Positions 38,251 through 48,600 of a DNA stretch of 64,000 nt are shown here, in pieces; the stretch's first letter is position 1; every line of letters begins with the position of its first letter. Both the position numbers and the translations under genes were made by a program. Source of the DNA: an uncultured Bacillota bacterium (lineage in GTDB: Bacteria > Bacillota_I > Bacilli_A > RFN20 > CAG-826); assembly GCA_949287245.1 (NCBI GenBank), contig CASEFL010000002.1, forward strand, positions 14,350 through 78,349, written 5' to 3'. The notes beneath the pieces are model-generated. The model was not told the origin of the DNA and ran no database searches. It worked only from the letters and a program-made list of their open reading frames with translations.

Positions 38251-39038
38251 CCTTTTATGATGAATCTTTGCTTAATGAAATGATTTCCATTTTGCTTTCT
38301 CTTTATCCTAATTTTAGTTTTTTAAATCGCTTATATCCGCAAACAATAAAAGGAAAGAGAGCGTTATTAAGAGGACTAATGAATTTAGTTCCTGCCCCTT
38401 TTTCTCATCAACGATTTTTTGATTTGGAAAATATTCTTTTAGAAAGTGAAAAAGAGGAGAAAGAAGCGGTAAATTCAATGTTTTTGCCAGCCTCTGCCTA
38501 TGACAAAATCACCCAGTTTAAAGGGGATATTTGTTTATTAGAAGTAGATGCTATTGTTTGTTCGCATTCTGAGGAATTTTTAGGCTGCTTTGTGCCTGAT
38601 CATTTTTGTTTAGAAAACAACATTCATAGTGCGGCAGGAATTGAATTACGTAATGATTGTTATTTTATAAAGCAAAGCAATAAAAAGCATATGGTTCCAG
38701 GTTTTGTTGCGATTAGTGACGGTCATCATTTGCGCGCTAAAAAAGTCATTCATGCACTTTTACCCAAGGCGGATAAACGACCAACAAATTTAGATTATCA
38801 TCTATTAAAAGTGTGCTATGAAAATATTTTACGTTGTGCTTATCAAGAAAAAATTAAAACACTTGCTATTCCTACTCTTGGTACGGGGTCATCTGGTTTT
38901 CCTAAGAAAGAAGCTTTTTCTATCGCCTTTGATACAGTAGAAGACTTTTTATTAGAGAAAAAAGACGCACCTATCGTTATTTTTGTTACTTATACCTCTG
39001 AAGATCATAATATTGTGGAGGAAAGTATTGGCATCTAA
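38247..39038 (+). CDS. Macrodomain protein of the zinc-binding (Zn-Macro) type, atypical
   Basis: LLRGLMN, KGDI..LEVDAIV, GCFVPDHFCLENNIHSAAG (C-x4-H-x-C), AKKVIH, LAIPTLGTG..GFP; ATGA overlap with relB-like gene. Confidence 0.85.
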   Translation: MTFYDESLLNEMISILLSLYPNFSFLNRLYPQTIKGKRALLRGLMNLVPAPFSHQRFFDLENILLESEKEEKEAVNSMFLPASAYDKITQFKGDICLLEVDAIVCSHSEEFLGCFVPDHFCLENNIHSAAGIELRNDCYFIKQSNKKHMVPGFVAISDGHHLRAKKVIHALLPKADKRPTNLDYHLLKVCYENILRCAYQEKIKTLAIPTLGTGSSGFPKKEAFSIAFDTVEDFLLEKKDAPIVIFVTYTSEDHNIVEESIGI

Positions 39039-39050
39039 GATTGGTTTATA

Positions 39051-39088
39051 AAAAAGAAAAACCTGCCCCTTTCGAGGCAGGTATTTTT
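39051..39088. terminator. Bidirectional terminator
   Basis: A-run, ACCTGCC-N8-GGCAGGT, T-run between convergent genes. Confidence 0.8.
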
Positions 39089-39102
39089 ATAAGGAAAAGC
39101 GA

Positions 39103-41760
39103 TTACTTTTTGCTAGCACGCATCTTGAGGATGTTTGCTTGTGCTGCAGCAAGACGCGCAAGAGGTACACGGAATGGTGAACAGGAGACGTAATTGAGTC
39201 CTACGCCATCATAGAAGGCGATAGAAGCAGCATCTCCACCAGTTTCGCCACAAACTCCGACCACTAAGTCCTTACGGGTTGCGCGGCCTCTTTCAAAGGC
39301 CATCTTTACGAGTTCGCCAACACCTTCAACATCAATGGTTTGGAAGGGGTCGAATTCGTAAATCTTTCTATCGTAATAATAGGGTAAGAATTGACCAGCA
39401 TCATCACGAGAGAAGCCCATGGTAAGTTGGGTAAGGTCGTTGGTACCAAAAGAGAAGAATTCTGCTTCTTTTGCGATATCTCCGGCACGGATACAAGCAC
39501 GCGGAATTTCAATCATCGTTCCAATCTTATAGGAAAGACGATGTCCTGCTTTGGTAAGTTCAGATTCAACAGCGGAGGTGACAACATCTTTCGCCCACTT
39601 GAATTCTTTTACTTCCCCTGCAAGAGGAATCATGATTTCCGGTTCCACATCGTGTCCAAGTTCCTTACTCGCTTTTAAGGCTGCTTGGATAATGGCTGTA
39701 GCTTGCATGCGATAAATCTCTGGATAAGCAACACATAAACGGCAGCCACGGAAGCCCATCATAGGATTTGCTTGATGGAGTTGGTTGATACGATCTTTAA
39801 CCTTATCTGTGCTTACTCCTAAGGCTTTTGCAATACCCTCGATTTTTTCAGTTTCATGAATTTCAGGAAGGAATTCATGGAGAGGTGGGTCAAGTAAACG
39901 GATGCAAACGTGGCTATCAGGATTTGCCATGTACATCGAATAGAAGTCTTCGACTTGATAGGGACGAAGTCTTTCTAAGGCTGCCTCTCTTTGTTCGGTT
40001 GTGTCGCTTAAAATCATACTTCTCATATTGAGAATGCGATCATCAGCGAAGAACATCCGTTCTGTACGGCATAAACCAATACCTTCGGCACCAAATTTAC
40101 GAGCATTTTCTGCATCCATGGGAGTGTTGCAGTTTGCACGAATCTTTAAGCGACGATATTTGTCGGCCCATGCCATCATGCGACCAAAGTCACCGCCAAG
40201 ATCAGCGGGAACCATGGGGATTTCCCCTTCATAAACATTTCCAGTTGTGCCATCGACAGAGAAGACATCTTTTTCTGTGTAGACTTTATCACCAATTGTC
40301 ATTGTCTTCTTGGTTTCATCGATAATGGCGGCAGTGCAGCCAACAGTGCAGCATTTGCCCATCGAACGAGCAACAACGGCAGCGTGAGAAGTCATACCAC
40401 CACGAGAAGTGATGATTGCCTCCGCATTCACCATACCAATGATGTCTTCAGGAGAAGTTTCTGCACGGGCTAAAACAACTTTGCGCTTTGCATCGTGTTC
40501 CGCTTTTGCTTCTTCGGCTGTGAAGACAAGGTGACCAGTTCCAGCACCAGGAGAGGCGGGAAGGCCAGTAATAATTGGTTTTAATTTCTTTAACGCTGCT
40601 TGATCAAAAGTGGGGTGGAGTAAGTCGTTGAGCATTTTTGGTTCAACGCGAAGAGTTGCTTCTTCTTCATCAATTAATCCTTCATCCACTAAATCACAAG
40701 CAATTTTTAAGGCTGCGCGAGCGGTTCTTTTTCCGTTCCGAGTTTGTAAGAAATAGAGTTTCCCTTTTTCAATGGTGTACTCCATATCTTGCATGTCTTT
40801 AAAGTAGTGCTCCATGTTTTTGATGGAAGCAATAAATTCTTTATAGACATCAGGCATTCTCTTTGCGAGCTCATCAATATGAAGAGGAGTACGGACACCT
40901 GCGACAACGTCTTCTCCTTGAGCGTTTGGTAAGAACTCTGCATAAATCTTATTCTCACCAGTGGATGGGTTACGGGAGAAGGCAACGCCAGTTCCGCAAT
41001 CTTCACCCATGTTACCAAAGACCATTGTTTGGACGTTAACGGCGGTGCCCCAGCTATAAGGAATGCCGTTCATTTGTCGATAGACATTGGCCCGTTCGTT
41101 ATCCCAACTACGGAAGACTGCAGCAACAGCTTCTTTTAATTGGGTATAAGGATCTGTGGGGAAGTCCTCACCAAATACGTTTTTATAGTAGGCTTTATAT
41201 TTTGCTACCAAATCTTTTAATTGTTCGGCAGTAACTTCGGTATCAAGTTTATAGCCGTGTTCTTTCTTAATGTCATCAAGCATCTTGTCCATATCGGTAC
41301 GTGGATGGCCTTTTGCAATGTTTGTAAACATTAAGATGAAACGGCGATAAGAGTCATAAGCAAATCTTTCATTGCCTGTTGCTTTTACCATAGCCGCACA
41401 AGTCTCGTCATTTAATCCAAGGTTAAGGATGGTGTCCATCATACCGGGCATGGAAACACGTGCACCAGAACGGACAGAGACGAGTAGTGGCATACCATTG
41501 CCACCAAATTCTTTTCCTGAAATCTTTTCGATTTCGTGGATATGAGCGACAACATCGCTCCAAACCTCATCAGGGATTTTCTTTCCTGATTCATAGTAGA
41601 GGTTGCAGGCTTCTGTAGAGATGGTGAAGCCACCAGGGATATTCATTCCTGCAGCGGTCATCTCGGCGAGCCCGGCTCCTTTTCCTCCAAGAATGTCTTT
41701 TCCGAGTTTTTTCTCGTGAGCTTCTTTGAAGGAGAAGACATACTGCTTCTTGTCTGCCAT
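39103..41760 (-). CDS. ppdK: Pyruvate, phosphate dikinase
   Basis: LGGKGAGLAEM, SVRSGARVSMPGMMDT, GGMTSHAAVVAR, SFGTNDLTQ; start MADKK after GGAGG. Confidence 0.98.
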   Translation of the reverse strand: MADKKQYVFSFKEAHEKKLGKDILGGKGAGLAEMTAAGMNIPGGFTISTEACNLYYESGKKIPDEVWSDVVAHIHEIEKISGKEFGGNGMPLLVSVRSGARVSMPGMMDTILNLGLNDETCAAMVKATGNERFAYDSYRRFILMFTNIAKGHPRTDMDKMLDDIKKEHGYKLDTEVTAEQLKDLVAKYKAYYKNVFGEDFPTDPYTQLKEAVAAVFRSWDNERANVYRQMNGIPYSWGTAVNVQTMVFGNMGEDCGTGVAFSRNPSTGENKIYAEFLPNAQGEDVVAGVRTPLHIDELAKRMPDVYKEFIASIKNMEHYFKDMQDMEYTIEKGKLYFLQTRNGKRTARAALKIACDLVDEGLIDEEEATLRVEPKMLNDLLHPTFDQAALKKLKPIITGLPASPGAGTGHLVFTAEEAKAEHDAKRKVVLARAETSPEDIIGMVNAEAIITSRGGMTSHAAVVARSMGKCCTVGCTAAIIDETKKTMTIGDKVYTEKDVFSVDGTTGNVYEGEIPMVPADLGGDFGRMMAWADKYRRLKIRANCNTPMDAENARKFGAEGIGLCRTERMFFADDRILNMRSMILSDTTEQREAALERLRPYQVEDFYSMYMANPDSHVCIRLLDPPLHEFLPEIHETEKIEGIAKALGVSTDKVKDRINQLHQANPMMGFRGCRLCVAYPEIYRMQATAIIQAALKASKELGHDVEPEIMIPLAGEVKEFKWAKDVVTSAVESELTKAGHRLSYKIGTMIEIPRACIRAGDIAKEAEFFSFGTNDLTQLTMGFSRDDAGQFLPYYYDRKIYEFDPFQTIDVEGVGELVKMAFERGRATRKDLVVGVCGETGGDAASIAFYDGVGLNYVSCSPFRVPLARLAAAQANILKMRASKK

Positions 41761-41909
41761 TGATTCCTCCTGAGACAAATAAATTATCGTGGGTAAACAC
41801 CCAGCGCGTATAAATATACCATGTGCGCGCGTGAATGGGAAAAAGAACTCCCATCTATTGCGTATTTTCTTTCTTTGTTGGTAAATAGTAGAGGTTAGGA
41901 GCAAAGATT

Positions 41910-43490
41910 ATGAAAGATGCCCTATTTCTTACCATTGATTTTGGAACGCAAAGTGTTCGCGTCGGGCTTTTTGATAAAAAAGGTCATCAGGTGGCGATAG
42001 AAAAGGAAGAATATCAACCACCCTATTTCAGCAAAATGCCGAATTACGCTGAACAAAACGTTGATACGTATTTGGAATATTTATCAAAGGCGTCGCATCG
42101 GTTAATGAAAAATCACAAGGAGAAAATTCCTTTGATTGTGGGAACCACGCTTTCTTGTTTTCGTGATACCGCTGTTTTGCTTGATAAAGAGAAAAAGCCA
42201 TTAAGACCATGTATTCTTTGGCTTGATCAACGAATGGCGGAAAATTCTAAGCCTTTACCCTTTTTCTCGCGCCTTGCATTCTCGCTTGTGGGAATGACAG
42301 ATACTGCGAACTTTAATCGTGCGCGTTGTGTGGCAAATTGGATTAGAGAAAACGAGCCAGATATTTGGAAAAAAGTTGATAAATATGTTGGGATTTCTAC
42401 TTATTTTATTTACTCTTTAACGGGTAATTTGGTTGATTCTGCTAGTGCTTTAGCAGGGCATTATCCCATCGATATGAAAAAACAAAGATGGTATAAAAAT
42501 CCAATGCATCACTTAAAGGGGCAAATTTTTGGAATTGAAGAATATATGCTTCCTAAACTGGTTCCTTCAGGGACAATGGTAGGTAAAATTACGAAAGATG
42601 CCGCGATAAAGTTTGGTTTTCCTGAAGGCCTACCTTTATATATGGCAGGAAGCGATAAATCTTGCGAAACATTAGGTCTTGGGGTCATTGATGATACTAA
42701 CGCTGCTGTTTCTTATGGGACAGCATCAACAATTGAAACAACACGTGATTCTTATGCGGTAAGTGAGCCGTTTTTACCGGGATATCCTTCTTGTGTTCCT
42801 GGATATTACAACATGGACATTCAAGTATATCGAGGATATTGGATGATTAACTGGTTTTTAAATGAATTTGGAGGAAGAAAATTAGGGCCGAATCTCGAAG
42901 GTCCTTCCGCGGTAGATTTTGATAAAAAATTACCTTTAGTTTCTCCTGGCTCTGATGGATTAGTTTTACAACCTTATTGGGGGCCTCCTCTTTCGCGTCC
43001 TTTGGCCAAAGGGGCAATTATCGGTTTTTCTGATTCGATTACCCAAGAACATTTTTATCGTGCGATTGTAGAAGGAATTGGTTATGCCCTTCGCGAAGGT
43101 TTAGAAAAGTTTGAAAGAAAACTTCATCATCGGATTCCGGCTTTAAGGGTATCTGGAGGGGGATCACGTTCTGATGAAATTTGTCAAATTACCGCGGATA
43201 TTTTTGGAAAGCCAGTAACGCGGGTGCAAACTTATGAATCTTCTTCTTTAGGGGCCGCTATTGCGGGTTTCCTTGCCGCAGGAGAATTTCAAAATTTAAA
43301 AGAAGCTGTTTCTTCGATGGTTGAAACACGCGAAACTTTTTATCCTAACGAAGAAATTCATGAGAAATATAACTTCTTATATGAGAATGTTTATTTGAGA
43401 CTTTATCCTCGTTTAAAAAGCATTTATCGCGAAATTAAAAATTTCAATTTTCGTGAAGAAAAAGAGGGAATTGCAGGGAAAAAGCAATAA
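41910..43490 (+). CDS. FGGY-family carbohydrate kinase
   Basis: IDFGTQSVR, ILWLDQR, SYGT, RAIVEGI, SGGGSRSD. Confidence 0.92.
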   Translation: MKDALFLTIDFGTQSVRVGLFDKKGHQVAIEKEEYQPPYFSKMPNYAEQNVDTYLEYLSKASHRLMKNHKEKIPLIVGTTLSCFRDTAVLLDKEKKPLRPCILWLDQRMAENSKPLPFFSRLAFSLVGMTDTANFNRARCVANWIRENEPDIWKKVDKYVGISTYFIYSLTGNLVDSASALAGHYPIDMKKQRWYKNPMHHLKGQIFGIEEYMLPKLVPSGTMVGKITKDAAIKFGFPEGLPLYMAGSDKSCETLGLGVIDDTNAAVSYGTASTIETTRDSYAVSEPFLPGYPSCVPGYYNMDIQVYRGYWMINWFLNEFGGRKLGPNLEGPSAVDFDKKLPLVSPGSDGLVLQPYWGPPLSRPLAKGAIIGFSDSITQEHFYRAIVEGIGYALREGLEKFERKLHHRIPALRVSGGGSRSDEICQITADIFGKPVTRVQTYESSSLGAAIAGFLAAGEFQNLKEAVSSMVETRETFYPNEEIHEKYNFLYENVYLRLYPRLKSIYREIKNFNFREEKEGIAGKKQ

Positions 43491-43491
43491 T

Positions 43492-44466
43492 TTATTGGTG
43501 ATTAGCAGGTTCATCTAGAGAAACATCTATGCTTTGAGCCTGCTTTTTTATTACTTTTTTGGACACAAAATAAAAGCCAATTGCTGCGGCAATTAAAAGA
43601 ATTGCGCCAAGGAGATATTCCCACCATGGAGTTATTTGGTATATCCAAGTAACGCCTCCATTTTCCGCAAGAGTTACTACGTCTTGATTTAAATACATCG
43701 CAGGAATACTGCCTAAAACGAATCCTAAAACAACCTCAAAAGTCTTTTGTCGGTGATTCGTAATAAGGGAATTCATGATTTTTGAAGAGGCAATTGCGCC
43801 TAAAACAATGCCCAAAAGCAAACAAAGGGTAATTCCCGTTCCTGAAGGAATTCTCTCAATATTGTGGAAAATGGAATTTTCACCTAAATAAATATCCGCG
43901 GTTGGTTGATATAAGCCAAAAATATGAAGAATCATCGCGCCAGAAATACCAGGAACGATACAAGCGGCCATCGCGACAAAACCAACAAGAATAACCAAAG
44001 GGTAAATCCACCATAAGCCTTCGACAAAATACTGTTCTAAATCAAAATGCCAATAAATCTTTGATAATAAGGAGAGAATTCCAATACCTGATGCAAGAAG
44101 AAAACCTAATACCAATAAAACATAATCTTTCGTTTTCATTTCTTTAAAAGAAAGCTCACGGGTGATGATAGGAAGCGTGCCTAAAAGCAAACCGGTAAAA
44201 AGGCAAGAAATCGCAAAAGGGGCTAAGTTATAACCAAAATGAACCGCAATTAAAAGCGTAATTGCAGAAAGCACTGCTCCTAAACAAATAGGAATTAACG
44301 TCATTGCTGCTTTTTTAAAATCCGTGCGTAAGCGAGAAATATTACCTACTAATTTTTCATAAATACCCACAACAATCGCCATTGTTCCGGCAGAAACTCC
44401 CGGCACCATTCCTAAGCCAAAAGAGGTGCCACGGATAAAATCACTAAACCATTCTTTCTTATTCAT
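43492..44466 (-). CDS. DUF368 membrane protein (undecaprenyl-phosphate translocase family)
   Basis: Duplicated VPGVSAGT / VPGISGA motifs with GIY/GLY; start trimmed to MNKKEW. Confidence 0.88.
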   Translation of the reverse strand: MNKKEWFSDFIRGTSFGLGMVPGVSAGTMAIVVGIYEKLVGNISRLRTDFKKAAMTLIPICLGAVLSAITLLIAVHFGYNLAPFAISCLFTGLLLGTLPIITRELSFKEMKTKDYVLLVLGFLLASGIGILSLLSKIYWHFDLEQYFVEGLWWIYPLVILVGFVAMAACIVPGISGAMILHIFGLYQPTADIYLGENSIFHNIERIPSGTGITLCLLLGIVLGAIASSKIMNSLITNHRQKTFEVVLGFVLGSIPAMYLNQDVVTLAENGGVTWIYQITPWWEYLLGAILLIAAAIGFYFVSKKVIKKQAQSIDVSLDEPANHQ

Positions 44467-44525
44467 AGGCAACATGATAATGAGAATTAAGCGGAAATCC
44501 ATAAATAAGTGATAAAATCTCTTTC

Positions 44526-45080
44526 ATGAAAACGTTAATTCTTTATAAAAGTAATCAAGGGAATACAGAAAAGTATGCCCAGGCCATTGGAGAAAGTGTG
44601 CGCGCTGATGTCATGAAACTTTCTCGTAAAGGTCTTAAAATGTGCAAAAACTATGACACAATTGTTTTTGGTGGTTGGGTCCGAGGAGGGGTGATTCAAG
44701 GACTCGATGATTTTTTGGCAATTTACGATGAAATTGATGACAAAAACCTTATCGTTTTTGCGGTAGGAATGTCCGTGCCAACAAAAAACGGTCGTCAAGA
44801 TTTAATCAGCCGCAATTTGTTAGACCTTTATCATTTGCGGTTTTATCAATTCCGAGGTTCCTTTGATTATAAAAAATTAAAATTTCCTCAAAATATTATG
44901 ATGAGAAAATCAATCGAGATGTCTTTAAAAGACCCATCGATCACTCCAGAAAGCGATCCTCACGTTTTAGCTTCTCTTCTTGATCACCCCTTAGAATATT
45001 ACGATCAAGAGAAAGTTGACCGCGTAATTTCAGTTCTTCATATGATTGAAGCAGAAGAAATCGATTCAAAGAAAGCATAA
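44526..45080 (+). CDS. Flavodoxin-domain protein (HemG/Flavodoxin_5-like)
   Basis: LILYKSNQGNTEKYA, YDTIVFGG, FYQFRG. Confidence 0.85.
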   Translation: MKTLILYKSNQGNTEKYAQAIGESVRADVMKLSRKGLKMCKNYDTIVFGGWVRGGVIQGLDDFLAIYDEIDDKNLIVFAVGMSVPTKNGRQDLISRNLLDLYHLRFYQFRGSFDYKKLKFPQNIMMRKSIEMSLKDPSITPESDPHVLASLLDHPLEYYDQEKVDRVISVLHMIEAEEIDSKKA

Positions 45081-45084
45081 GAAA

Positions 45085-45657
45085 ATGAAATTATTTGTTG
45101 GATTAGGAAATCCTGGAAAAGAATACGAAGGGACAAGACACAATTTAGGGTTTGATGCTCTTGATGCCTTTGCTCTTTCTATAGGTGCAGATATTGACCG
45201 TGTTGGCTTTAAGGGAGAATACGGAATTTTTAAAAACCCTGCATTTCCTGAACCAATTATCTTATTAAAGCCCCAAACCTTCATGAATTTATCTGGTGAA
45301 TCTGTGCAAGCTCTTGCCTCCTTTTATCACCTAGAAGCAAAAGATATTGTCGTGGCTTATGATGAAATGGCCCTTCCAGAAGGAAGTTTAAGAATTCGCC
45401 CAAGCGGCTCCTCTGGTGGTCATAAAGGGATAGGATCAATTATTAACTACTTGCACACAGAACAAATTGCACGTATCCGTATTGGTATTGGCGAACCTCC
45501 TTTTCATAACCCGGTTGATTTTGTTTTAGGAAAACCTTCTATCGAAGGAAGAAAGAAAATTGATGAAGCAATTAAACTTGCTGCAAAAGCCTTTGCCCTT
45601 ATTGCCTCGCAAGGATTAGAAATGGCAATGTCAATTTGTAATGGAAAAAAGTCATGA
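45085..45657 (+). CDS. pth: Peptidyl-tRNA hydrolase
   Basis: MKLFVGLGNPG..Y..TRHNLG, KPQTFMNLSG, GGHKG, RIRIGIG. Confidence 0.97.
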   Translation: MKLFVGLGNPGKEYEGTRHNLGFDALDAFALSIGADIDRVGFKGEYGIFKNPAFPEPIILLKPQTFMNLSGESVQALASFYHLEAKDIVVAYDEMALPEGSLRIRPSGSSGGHKGIGSIINYLHTEQIARIRIGIGEPPFHNPVDFVLGKPSIEGRKKIDEAIKLAAKAFALIASQGLEMAMSICNGKKS

Positions 45658-48600
45658 ACAAAGATTTGTTTTCTTTATTTGATGAAAAAAACATTTCTTC
45701 CCTATCTTCTTTAAAAGAGCATCTTGTTTTAACTTCTCCTATTGGCGTGGGAGTTTTCTTTGCCTCTTTATTTAAAAAAACACCAGGAAGTTATGCAATT
45801 TTGGCTACGAATCAATATAACGCACAAAAGATTTATGAGGCGTTATTAAATTTTTTAGAAGAAGGAGAAGTTATCTTTTTCCCTTCAGATGAACTATTAA
45901 GAGCAGAAGCAGTTTCTTCTTCAAAAGAACTCATGGCACAGCGGCTTTATGCCATGGATTTAGCCTTGAGAAAAAAAGATAAAATTCTTGTTACACACCC
46001 TTCCGCTTTGCTTCGATATTTAATGGACCCTGAACTTTTCCAAAAGATTTCTATAACCTTCAAAGTGGGAAAAGAATATAACTTAGGGGAACTCCCTGAT
46101 CAGTTAATCGCTTTAGGATATAAAAAAGTTAATAAGATTGATCAAAGTTTACAATTTGCTTTGCGCGGAGATGTTTTAGATATTTACTCGGTTAATGAAA
46201 ATAAACCGATTCGTTTAGAGTTTTTTGATGATGAATTAGAATCAATTCGGGAGTTTGATATTGAAACACAAACCTCATTAGAGAAAAGAGAATCTTTTAC
46301 GGTTTTGCCAGCAACAGAAGTTCTTTTTTCCGATGAAGAATTTTCTTCTTTGGTTATGAAAGCAAAGGAGGAACTTGATAAAGAAGTTGCCTCTTTGCCA
46401 TATGAAGAAAGTAGTCAATTACGCCTAAATTTTGAAAACGACTTGTCTTCTTTAATGGAGCATACATCTTCTCCTAGCGTTTATCGATATTTGGGATATG
46501 GAAGTAAGAATCCTCACTCCATTCTTGAATACTTAAAGCCCTCTTTCTTGTTTGCGGTGGATAAGGAAGGAGTCGAAACATCAATCAACCAGTTGATGCA
46601 AGAATCGGGAGAATATTATGCAGAATTGCGTTCCCTTCATCGTTTAATAAAAGGACCGCGACATTACATGACTTTTCAAGAAGCTGTTCCTCAAAAGTGT
46701 GCATTTTATTCCTCTTCCCGTTTTGCCTCTTCCGAAAAAGATAAAGTAATTCGTATTCAGGAGGCGACCTCTTTAGGAACGGGCATTTCTGCTATGGGGC
46801 CAACCATTGAAAGTTACCTAGAAAATGGTTATCAAGTGATTATTTGTGGCGGAGAAGGGGAAAAAGGGGAGTTAGCAGCAGAATATTTTAAAGATCATCA
46901 TATTCCCTATGAATTTGTGGATGGGTTTACTCTCCCTACCAGCAAAGCAGCGATTTCTAAACAATATTTATCAAGTGGATTTGAAATTTCCTCCTTAAAA
47001 ATTTGTTATTTGACTCCTAACGAACTTTTTGGTCGAAGAACGGTTACTACTCGTTTTACTGCGCGTTTTAAAAACGCCACAATTCTTCGTTCTACGGACG
47101 ATTTAAAACCGGGAGATTATGTTGTTCATGAATATCGAGGAATTGGACAATTTATTGCCATGGAGAATAAGGAAATTAATGGAATTCGCCATGACTATAT
47201 TAAGGTTGCCTATGCGGGAGGGGAAACTTTATACGTTCCTTTAGAACAATTCCGATTAATTCGCAAATATGCAGGAAGAGAAGGGGTGGCACCGCGTCTT
47301 TCTCATCTTAACGGAAACGATTGGAAAAAGAAAAAATCTCATATTGAAGAAAAGGTTAATGAACTTGCTGATCGTTTATATACTCTTTATAAAGAACGAG
47401 CCTTTGAACCAGGATTTGCCTTTCCTAACGATGATGAATTTCAAAAACAATTCGAAGATGAATTTCCTTATGAATTAACTCCTGATCAAAAGAAAGCTTT
47501 AGAAGAAATTAAAAGCGATATGGAATCTCCCAAAATCATGGATCGACTTTTATGTGGAGATGTAGGCTTTGGTAAAACGGAGGTTGCTTTTCGCGCCGCA
47601 TATAAAGCTTTACTAGCAGGAAAACAAGTTGCTCTTTTGTGTCCAACAATGTTATTAGCGCGACAGCATTTTGAGTTAGCAGAAACGCGTTTTCTATCAA
47701 AAGGAGTAAGAATTGCGCAGTTTTCTCGTTTAATTCCTCAGAAAAAAATGAAAGAACAAATCCAAGGGTTAAAAGAAGGAAAAATTGATTTTGCTATTGG
47801 GACACACGCTTTACTTTCCTCTAGTATTGAGTTTAAGGATTTAGGTTTGTTTATTATTGATGAAGAACAACGGTTCGGTGTGGAACAAAAAGAAAAAATC
47901 AAAGAAATGAAAAGAAGAGTAGACGTGCTTACTCTTTCTGCAACCCCCATTCCAAGAACTTTACAAATGTCTTTACTGGGCGTTCGTTCTTTATCAGAAA
48001 TCACTACTCCGCCAGAAGGAAGAATGCCTATTCAAACCTATGTTGTACCTTTTAGTTTTCATGTAATTGGAGAATTAATTTCTCGTGAATTATCTCGTGG
48101 TGGGCAAGCATTTTATGTATATAACAAAGTAAGTACGATATATGAGAGAGCCTCTCGTTTACAAAAACTTCTTCCAGGGGCACAAATTGGGGTAATACAT
48201 GGCCAAATGAATAAAGAAGAAGTCGAAGATACAATGACGTTGTTTTATGAGGGAAAAATTGATGTATTGGTGGCTACTTCCATCATTGAAAATGGGATTG
48301 ATATTCCTAAGGCAAATTTAATTATTGTGGAAAATGCAAATTATTTTGGTTTATCTCAGCTTTACCAAATTAAAGGAAGAGTAGGAAGAGGAGATCGAAT
48401 TGCCTATGCCTATTTAATGTATCGCCCAGAGAAGCGAATGAGTGAAGAAGGAGAAAAAAGATTAAAGGCAATTCAAGAATTTACTGATCTTGGTAGTGGT
48501 TACAAAATTGCTCAACGCGACCTTATGATTCGTGGAGCAGGAGATATTTTAGGGGCAGAACAAGCAGGTTTTATTGATGCAATTGGGCTTGATTTATATT

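Noticed and set aside
41761-41904. 48-aa N-terminal extension of ppdK
   Set aside because: A strong GGAGG precedes ATG 41760; the extension is the divergent promoter region
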